Source: Spirosomataceae bacterium (GTDB lineage: Bacteria; Bacteroidota; Bacteroidia; Cytophagales; Spirosomataceae). From it: 64,000 nt of DNA. The stretch is taken from the NCBI GenBank assembly GCA_046329125.1, contig JAXLVD010000017.1:16048-80047 (forward strand), given 5' to 3'. The notes under the pieces were generated by a model. That model searched no databases. It was given only the letters and a program-made list of their open reading frames with translations, and was not told where the DNA came from. Both the position numbers and the translations under genes were made by a program. This document shows, in pieces, positions 56,715 to 63,378 of this stretch (position 1 is its first letter; every line of letters begins with the position of its first letter).

Positions 56715-59092
56715 TACTCCGTTTTCAGGGACTCTACCGGATTGCTTAAGGCGGCTTTGATGGCTTGAAAACTGACCGAAAACAACGCAATACCTAAAGC
56801 AAAGGCAGACGCCAAGCCCAAATACCACCATTTGACCTCGACACGGTACGCAAATGTTTGCAGGAGCTTTTGGCCCAGCCAATAAGAGATGGGGAGACCA
56901 ATGAGCAGGGCAATTCCGACCAGCTTTAAAAAATCTCCCGAAAGCATGGCCGCAATGCTGCTGACGCTCGCGCCCAATACTTTACGAATGCCGATCTCTT
57001 TGGTGCGTTGTTTGGCGACGAGCGAGATCAGCCCAAAAATACCCGCACACGCGATCAAAATAGCAAGGATGGTCACAAAGCCGGTCATGCGCCAGATGTT
57101 GTCAATGGCTTGATACGACTTGGCCACTTCGTCGCTGAGATAAAAATGTCCCAAGGCTCTGCGTGACGGGATTTTTTTAAAACGTTTTTCCATGCTGCTT
57201 ATCAGCGCTTTCCCTTTTGATTCATCCGTCAAACGAACGGTTAAAAAGTTGCTGAGTTGTTGTTTGCCGGCGTACCAGTGTAAAAGCGGTTCCACTTCGT
57301 CTTTAAGGCTTTGATAATGGAAGTTTTTGGTCACACCGATGACCGTATAAATTGTGTTGTCGTTGTTTTGGCGTAAGCGTTTGCCCACACCGGCAGTCCA
57401 GCCGAAGGACTTCATGGCGGCTTCATTGATGATCACGGAATGATTGACCGAATCGGGGGAGTTGTCGGAGAAGCCTCGGCCTTCAAGAAAGGGGATTTTG
57501 TACGTTTCAAAATAATTTTCAGTGGCACTTACGTGGCGCAGAATTATCTTTTTTGCTTCGTTGCCTTCCGGAAAATAGTTATTAAAGTTTTGCCAATACC
57601 GTATGGGTGTAATTTCAGAAACGGCAAAAGATACCACATTCGGATTTTGTCGAAGTTCGTTCAGAATGACTTGGCCTTCCGAAACCGCCGCATTTTCGTT
57701 ACGGTAAGCTAAGTCGGTATTGAAAATCAGCACATTGTTTTTATCATACCCAACATCGGCAGTTTTCATAAAATGGATCTGCTGCCGTAAGCCGATTGTG
57801 CCGACAATTAAAATAACTGCCAACGCAAATTGTAACACGATCAGGCTGTTTTGGCGCATACGTCCCCGGCGCGGATCGGTTGAAATTTTCCCTTTTACGG
57901 CATCAGTAGTTTTCAGTCGCATCAGATAATATGCAGGGTAGGTGCCGGCTATCAGTGCAACGAACAATGAAATACCGAACACGATGAGTATAGTGGGGTA
58001 ATCGTTGGCAAATGAAATATCCAACTGCATGTGCCCGTCGCGCAGTTGATTAAACGAAGGAATCAGATAATAGACTGCAAAAAATACCGACAGCAACGAT
58101 GAAACCGCCATAACAATGCCTGACTCTGTCCAAAATTGATTCAAAATGATGCGTTTTGTGGCCCCAACTACCTGTTTTACGGCTACTTCCCTGATACGCG
58201 GTAAGGCCGAAGCCATGTTGAGATTGACCAAATTGATACTGATGATCAGCAACAAAAAAACAGCAATGGCAATAGCCCCGTAAATAAGACCGATAAATGT
58301 CGGGTTTTGGTCGTGAATGAAGTTTTTAAACAAACTCAGGTGTATGACCTGCTTTTGGGATTCGGGTGAAAAATGGGTTTTGACCAATTGGGGCAGTTTT
58401 GCTTCCAGTGCCTCTTTGTTGGCACCCTTTTTCAGTAACACGAAAACCGACGCGAAAGTATTGTACCAGTCAGCCCCTTCCTGAAATTTGGGGTTAGCCG
58501 TAAGGAAGGCGGCAGGCATCAGTACCTCAAATTGTTGCGACGAATTGGCGGGAATTTTGGCTAATACTCCTGAGATTTTGAATGGGAGTGTGTCGTCTAA
58601 GGTGACTGTTTTGCCGACGGGATCCATATCGCCGAACAGATTATACGCTATTTTTTCGCTGATTACTAACGAATTGCGCCCTTTAAGAGCCGTGGCAGCA
58701 TTGCCGTATTTGAGCGGAAAACTAAACACCTCAAAAAAGGTGGAATCTGCAAAAACAGTGCTTTCCTGAACATCTTTTGTCCCATAATGAATCCAAGGCC
58801 AATACCATGTCTGAATATGCGTACCGGTTTCAATTTCAGGATAATCTTTCCGCAGTTGGTCTAAAATCGGATAAACCGTGTGGCTGTGTTTACGACCGTT
58901 GGATTCCGTCTGAACGTAGTAAAGTCGATCTCCGTTTTGATGAAATTCGTCAAAGGTGAGGCATTTTTGAGCAAAAAGCACTAAGACGACCACGCAGGCC
59001 ATCCCTACCGACATGCCCAACAGATTGATACCCGTAAAGAGGCGATTTTTCCAAAGATTTCGGAGTGCGATTTTGAAATAATTGACGAGCAT
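56714..59092 (-). CDS. P15: stand-alone orphan double-FtsX permease without prefix domain
   Basis: I chose the ATG at 59092 (MLVNYFKIALRNL...). The ORF-track start at 59128 is a GTG. Loops ALPRIREVAVKQ (divergent) and KQRTKEIGIRK. Confidence 0.85.
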   Translation of the reverse strand: MLVNYFKIALRNLWKNRLFTGINLLGMSVGMACVVVLVLFAQKCLTFDEFHQNGDRLYYVQTESNGRKHSHTVYPILDQLRKDYPEIETGTHIQTWYWPWIHYGTKDVQESTVFADSTFFEVFSFPLKYGNAATALKGRNSLVISEKIAYNLFGDMDPVGKTVTLDDTLPFKISGVLAKIPANSSQQFEVLMPAAFLTANPKFQEGADWYNTFASVFVLLKKGANKEALEAKLPQLVKTHFSPESQKQVIHLSLFKNFIHDQNPTFIGLIYGAIAIAVFLLLIISINLVNLNMASALPRIREVAVKQVVGATKRIILNQFWTESGIVMAVSSLLSVFFAVYYLIPSFNQLRDGHMQLDISFANDYPTILIVFGISLFVALIAGTYPAYYLMRLKTTDAVKGKISTDPRRGRMRQNSLIVLQFALAVILIVGTIGLRQQIHFMKTADVGYDKNNVLIFNTDLAYRNENAAVSEGQVILNELRQNPNVVSFAVSEITPIRYWQNFNNYFPEGNEAKKIILRHVSATENYFETYKIPFLEGRGFSDNSPDSVNHSVIINEAAMKSFGWTAGVGKRLRQNNDNTIYTVIGVTKNFHYQSLKDEVEPLLHWYAGKQQLSNFLTVRLTDESKGKALISSMEKRFKKIPSRRALGHFYLSDEVAKSYQAIDNIWRMTGFVTILAILIACAGIFGLISLVAKQRTKEIGIRKVLGASVSSIAAMLSGDFLKLVGIALLIGLPISYWLGQKLLQTFAYRVEVKWWYLGLASAFALGIALFSVSFQAIKAALSNPVESLKTE

Positions 59093-59191
59093 GAGAGTGA
59101 TTAGTAAGGTTTGGATTTTTAACCGCACACTTTATGCCACCCTACAACGGGTTTGATTTCTAAGAGGTTACGGATTGGTAGGCGGAGAGGG

Positions 59192-59229
59192 TGTCCATTT
59201 TCGGACAGTTACTGTTCGGAGGTGAACAC
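59192..59229. promoter_or_regulatory. O5: bipartite palindromic site upstream of P15 (no adjacent PadR)
   Basis: TGTCC-ATTTTC-GGACA (59192-59207) plus TGTTC-GGAGGT-GAACA (59214-59229). It is 100 nt upstream of the ATG at 59092. Confidence 0.6.
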
Positions 59230-59247
59230 GGCACAAAACTACGGTAC

Positions 59248-60024
59248 TCATGGCCGGTAACTGAATTCGGATTGGTTCATCAATTTTCCGTCAACGAATG
59301 TTTTTAGGGTCAGCGGAAAATCCCATTGGGCATCGTAGGTGTATTCATAACTCCAAACATTGACCTTGTTACCGGCTGCATCTTTACCAAAATTGGCAGT
59401 GGCGTTGTTAGGGCTTCCCCAACTTGGGTTCGTAAACGGAAGCGGTAATTGTTGAAACGGATTGTAATGCGTATCATATTCCCAATACGAAGTTGCCCAC
59501 TGTGTTACGTTTCCGCGAGTATCATAGTCGTAGGTATTGGCCAACACTTCGCGACGGTCAGGGGCAAACGTCTGACTTTTGGTTCTGTTGCCCGCTGTTG
59601 AATAAGTATGCAAGGTATAAGACAGGATTTGTTTGCCGTCGGCGGCATAATGTAATTCTTTTACGGGAAGGGAAGGTTGGGGGCCGTATTCATAACCGGT
59701 CAATGCCTGTAGGGTAAGCGGCTTACCGGGCACAGGCCATGAACTCAGATACAGCGGATGGGAAGACCAAAACTCTTCTCGTATCACTTGCGCTCCGACA
59801 TAAGTATAACGCCTTGATTCCCAAATGTTTTTGCCGTCGTCAAAGTATTTTCTGATTTCAATCGGCTTATTTTCAGCATTATAAATAAATTCTGTTTGCC
59901 GCTTGCCGTTTACCTTGATTTCACTGATCACAGGCGGTTTACCAAGCCTGTCTTGCAAAACAGACTTGTCTTTACATCCCACCAAACAAACACAAAGCGC
60001 CGGGAGGCTATAAATGATTTTCAT
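59248..60024 (-). CDS. Small lipoprotein with YD/Rhs-repeat-like motifs
   Basis: I trimmed the start to the ATG at 60024 (MKIIYSLPALCVCLVGCKD: signal peptide plus LVGC lipobox), because the longer ORF would overlap the 3' end of P16. Repeated motifs YxYD..GN (NTYDYDTRGNVTQW, YEYTYDAQWD, LHYAADGKQILSY). Confidence 0.7.
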   Translation of the reverse strand: MKIIYSLPALCVCLVGCKDKSVLQDRLGKPPVISEIKVNGKRQTEFIYNAENKPIEIRKYFDDGKNIWESRRYTYVGAQVIREEFWSSHPLYLSSWPVPGKPLTLQALTGYEYGPQPSLPVKELHYAADGKQILSYTLHTYSTAGNRTKSQTFAPDRREVLANTYDYDTRGNVTQWATSYWEYDTHYNPFQQLPLPFTNPSWGSPNNATANFGKDAAGNKVNVWSYEYTYDAQWDFPLTLKTFVDGKLMNQSEFSYRP

Positions 60025-60090
60025 AAGACCGTATCCTTTCTCAACAGACGCCTTAGAGCGGTAAAAAGTTGGAAAAGAAGATAAAGGAAA

Positions 60091-60138
60091 CCGGAAAAAC
60101 GGAACACAGAGAATGACCTCCGTGTTCCGTTTTTCCGG
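60091..60138 (-). terminator. Intrinsic terminator-like hairpin after P16
   Basis: Perfect 17-bp stem CCGGAAAAACGGAACAC (60091-60107) / GTGTTCCGTTTTTCCGG (60122-60138). On the minus strand it is followed by TTTCCTTTATCTTCTTTTCC. It is homologous to the terminator at 15711-15754. Confidence 0.65.
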
Positions 60139-60155
60139 TTTCCGCTCCTCCGATA

Positions 60156-62810
60156 TTACTCCGATTTCAACGACTTTACGGGATTGCCGAGCGCTGCTTT
60201 GACAGATTGAAAACTGACCGTTAAAAAGGCAATCAGGATGGACAAAACGGCTGCTATTACAAACGTCCACGCGCTGATGTCGATGCGGTAAGGGTAATTT
60301 TGCAACCATTCTTTGATGGCATAATAAGCGGCCGGAAAGGCAAAAATAAAGGAGAAACTGACCAATTTCAGAAAATCAGTTGAAAGCAGGGTGGTGATAC
60401 TCGCTACCGAAGCGCCCAGTACTTTGCGAATGCCGATCTCTTTCGTGCGTCGTTCGGCCGAAAGCGTAGCCAATCCAAACAGGCCGATGCAGGAGATAAA
60501 GATGGTCAAAATGGCACCAAACAGCATGATCTGCTTCCATTTAGCTTCCGACTCATACTGTTTCCGGTTTACTTCATCCATAAACTTGTATTCGTAAGGA
60601 GTGATCGGAAATAGTTTTTTATAGGTTTTTTCAATATGCCCTAAACTTGCCGTGGCGGTGCCGGGTTTGATTTTAATGAAAGCCCTACCGTAACCGTTAC
60701 CGGGTTTCATAGTAAACAATTGCGGATTGATCTCTAAGTTTAATGACTCAAAATGATAGTTTTTTACCACACCGATAACCGTGTATTTCTCGCCGTCGTT
60801 GTACCAGAAATCAACGACTTGCCCCAATGGATTTTTCCATCCCGCTTTTTTGACAAACGCTTCGTTGACCAGTACCGATTTGGTAGAATCCGTTGGAAAG
60901 TCAGCCGAAAAATTGCGCCCTTTAATGATAGGGATTTGTAACAGCGGGAAATAGGTCGCATCTACAGTTTCGTAGGCGAATGATTGTTGGGTATCACCGT
61001 TTACTTTGGCTACGGTGCCCCACATGCCGCCGTTTTTTGGGGCTACATCTACAATATGCGGGCTTTTCAATAATTCTTCTTTTAACAGCTTGGCCTCATT
61101 ACGACTCATCTGCGACTTATTGATGGTGATTACGTTTTTGTCACTGTACCCTAAGTCTTTATGAGTGAGATAATTGAACTGAGAATAGATGGTCAGCGTA
61201 GCAATGATCAAAAAAGAGGCCAACGAAAATTGGAGAACCACCAAACTTTTTTGGAGGTAGTTTTTACCCGAAAGATTAAAGCGACTGTACAGGGTCTGCA
61301 CCGGATTATAATTGGAGAGAACTAAAGCAGGATAAAAGCCTGCCAATAGACCGGTAATAAGGAATAAGCCGACGTAGCCAATCACCAACTTAACATCAAA
61401 CAGATAAGAGAAAGACAAGGCTTTGTTGGAAAGCTCATTGAAAGTAGGCAAAACCAATTGCAGCAAAGCCAGCGCAAAAGCGAATGCGGCAAAACACAAA
61501 ATAAAGGACTCTCCCAAAAATTGAAAGATCAATTGCCCTCGGCCGCCGCCGACCACTTTACGTACGCCGATTTCTTTGGCCCGTTTCAGCGAGCGCGCTA
61601 CGGTTAAGTTTACAAAATTGATGCAGGCAATCAGGAGGATAAATAGCGCGATACCCGATAAAATGTAAGAAAACATGGGATTACTGCCGTCTTGCAATCC
61701 GTTTTGAGCCGGATATTCTTTGCTTAGGTGCATCTCCGTAAAAGGCTGTAATGCATAGACGACTTTGTTTTTCTCTCCGTATTTTTCAGCTACCATCTTG
61801 ATGGTTTCCTTCGCATCTTTTTGGTAGATGCGGTTCATGGTCGCTTCTACTTTTTTCAGGTCGGCGTTGGGTTGCAGCACCACAAACGTATTCTGGAAGA
61901 TGTTGAACCAGTTTTCGTTACGCCCCATTTCCTGCGCGCTGACCACATTGGGAAAAAGCACCTCAAACTTAATGGATGAATTTTGAGGACATTTCTTGGC
62001 AATACCTGTTACTTTATAAGGTTCAAATTGCGTAGATTCTCCGTAGGAGTCTTTAAAATAGATCGTTTTGCCCAATGCATTGGCAGTACCGAATTGCTTT
62101 TCGGCCAGTTCTTCCGAAATCACCACCGATTTGGGCTCTTTCAGGGCTGTTTTCGGGTCGCCTTGGAGCAATGGAAAGGAGAATACGGAGAAGAAGCTGC
62201 TGTCGGCGACAAATGATTCTTGGCTGATGATCTCCGTTCCTCGTTTCATATCGTTGTGATGTCCTTTATAGCGAACAAAGGCCTGTATTTCAGGAACTCC
62301 TGCGCTGAACTTAGGTCCCTGAAAATGTCCTGTATTGCCTTGTTTCTGCTCAACAATGCCCGCAGGGGTAATGGAAGTGCTCGTTATCCGATAAATGTTG
62401 GGGTTATTGGCGTGAAATTGATCATAACTGACCTCATCTTTGGTATAAAGCATGATCAGCATGGCAGCGGCCAAGCCGATGCTCAGCCCAATGACATTGA
62501 TGGCTGAATACACCTTATTATGGGCTAAGGTGCGGAGGGTGATGGTTAGATAATTACGAAACATAACTGTAAATAGGATAGAAGTTTGATGATATTCCTG
62601 TTTTCGTTGACGACGTTTTACAAAAGGGGGTAATACCGATAGGACATTGAGCAGATAACGCCAAGTTGCCTGTCGTTTACCGGCTCGTTCATACCAATAA
62701 GTGTACAACTCCTCTAAGTCACCTTCTACTTCTTCGAGAGTTTCTTCAGGATGCAGCCAAACCAACAAGCGGCGGACCCAGCGAGGCGGAGGCAGATTCG
62801 GCAGGTTCAT
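60156..62810 (-). CDS. P16: orphan double-FtsX permease, class-A-like prefix, body subfamily II
   Basis: I chose the ATG at 62810 (MNLPNLPPPRWVRRLLVWLHPEETLEEVEGDLEELY), which overlaps the R5 stop as ATGA (62807-62810). Loops RSLKRAKEIGVRK and ERRTKEIGIRK. Confidence 0.88.
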   Translation of the reverse strand: MNLPNLPPPRWVRRLLVWLHPEETLEEVEGDLEELYTYWYERAGKRQATWRYLLNVLSVLPPFVKRRQRKQEYHQTSILFTVMFRNYLTITLRTLAHNKVYSAINVIGLSIGLAAAMLIMLYTKDEVSYDQFHANNPNIYRITSTSITPAGIVEQKQGNTGHFQGPKFSAGVPEIQAFVRYKGHHNDMKRGTEIISQESFVADSSFFSVFSFPLLQGDPKTALKEPKSVVISEELAEKQFGTANALGKTIYFKDSYGESTQFEPYKVTGIAKKCPQNSSIKFEVLFPNVVSAQEMGRNENWFNIFQNTFVVLQPNADLKKVEATMNRIYQKDAKETIKMVAEKYGEKNKVVYALQPFTEMHLSKEYPAQNGLQDGSNPMFSYILSGIALFILLIACINFVNLTVARSLKRAKEIGVRKVVGGGRGQLIFQFLGESFILCFAAFAFALALLQLVLPTFNELSNKALSFSYLFDVKLVIGYVGLFLITGLLAGFYPALVLSNYNPVQTLYSRFNLSGKNYLQKSLVVLQFSLASFLIIATLTIYSQFNYLTHKDLGYSDKNVITINKSQMSRNEAKLLKEELLKSPHIVDVAPKNGGMWGTVAKVNGDTQQSFAYETVDATYFPLLQIPIIKGRNFSADFPTDSTKSVLVNEAFVKKAGWKNPLGQVVDFWYNDGEKYTVIGVVKNYHFESLNLEINPQLFTMKPGNGYGRAFIKIKPGTATASLGHIEKTYKKLFPITPYEYKFMDEVNRKQYESEAKWKQIMLFGAILTIFISCIGLFGLATLSAERRTKEIGIRKVLGASVASITTLLSTDFLKLVSFSFIFAFPAAYYAIKEWLQNYPYRIDISAWTFVIAAVLSILIAFLTVSFQSVKAALGNPVKSLKSE

Positions 62811-63145
62811 ATTCCGCTGAGTTGAAGTTTGGTCGGAGGCATCAACTGCCAAAGTTCCTGACGCAACTGTTGAATTTCCTGCAGTGCCCGATTGCCCAAG
62901 GCCGTCACCTCAAACATACGCTTCCGACGGCCACCGCGCTCGTTGGTAGCCCCTCCGAGTTTTGAGTTCACAAACCCTTTTTCTTCCAGACGGATCAGGG
63001 TATTATGTACCGTACCGAAGGTGACGATCCGACCCGTATGTTCTTCCAGTGCCTGACTCACCGTAACGCCGTAGGCCTCGCCGTCGAGTATAGCTACCAT
63101 GAGTAAAACAACTTCTTCAAATTCACCTAAGTAGGTTCGACGCAT
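62807..63145 (-). CDS. R5: PadR-family winged-HTH transcriptional regulator
   Basis: 112 aa. EFEEVVLLMVAIL..EAYG ... VHNTLIRLEEKG ... ERGGRRKRMFEVTALG. Confidence 0.9.
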   Translation of the reverse strand: MRRTYLGEFEEVVLLMVAILDGEAYGVTVSQALEEHTGRIVTFGTVHNTLIRLEEKGFVNSKLGGATNERGGRRKRMFEVTALGNRALQEIQQLRQELWQLMPPTKLQLSGI

Positions 63146-63200
63146 TGGGTTTGAGTATTATTAGTTTCTATTTTATCGTACAAATAGTTTGCCGGTCAAT

Positions 63201-63236
63201 AAAAACGGCCTCCAAATGAACTTGGAGGCCGTTTTT
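63201..63236. terminator. Strong bidirectional intrinsic terminator between O6 and the R5 start
   Basis: AAAAACGGCCTCCAA - ATGAAC - TTGGAGGCCGTTTTT: a perfect 15-bp stem that includes the A/T runs. Confidence 0.75.
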
Positions 63237-63258
63237 GCTAATGATCAATGCGTTTCGG

Positions 63259-63295
63259 TGTCCGCAAACGGACAAACGCTGTTCGGCGATGGACA
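63259..63295. promoter_or_regulatory. O6: bipartite palindromic site upstream of R5
   Basis: TGTCC-GCAAAC-GGACA (63259-63274) plus TGTTC-GGCGAT-GGACA (63280-63295). It is 114 nt upstream of the R5 ATG. Confidence 0.6.
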
Positions 63296-63306
63296 GATCG
63301 GTCGAT

Positions 63307-63373
63307 AAGGTGGAAAGGGCAAAGGTTAACTTTCTGCTTTTGTTTTTACACTTTTACCTTTGCACTTTACACG
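63307..63373 (-). repeat. GTGGAAAG/CTTTACAC hairpin-family element after P17
   Basis: GGTGGAAAGGGCAAAGG (63309-63325) faces CCTTTGCACTTTACAC (63357-63372). About 14 of 17 positions are complementary. Confidence 0.4.
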
Positions 63374-63378
63374 TTTCC

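Noticed and set aside
60025-60309. A 95-codon N-terminal extension of the lipoprotein ORF (ORF-track span 59248-60309).
   Set aside because: The extension overlaps the 3' end of P16 and runs through the 17-bp terminator stem. The internal ATG at 60024 gives a textbook lipoprotein signal peptide.
23871-63373. A CRISPR-like interpretation of the repeated intergenic hairpins.
   Set aside because: The copies are separated by ~2.7-kb protein-coding genes, are degenerate and are individually palindromic. There are no short unique spacers and no cas genes.
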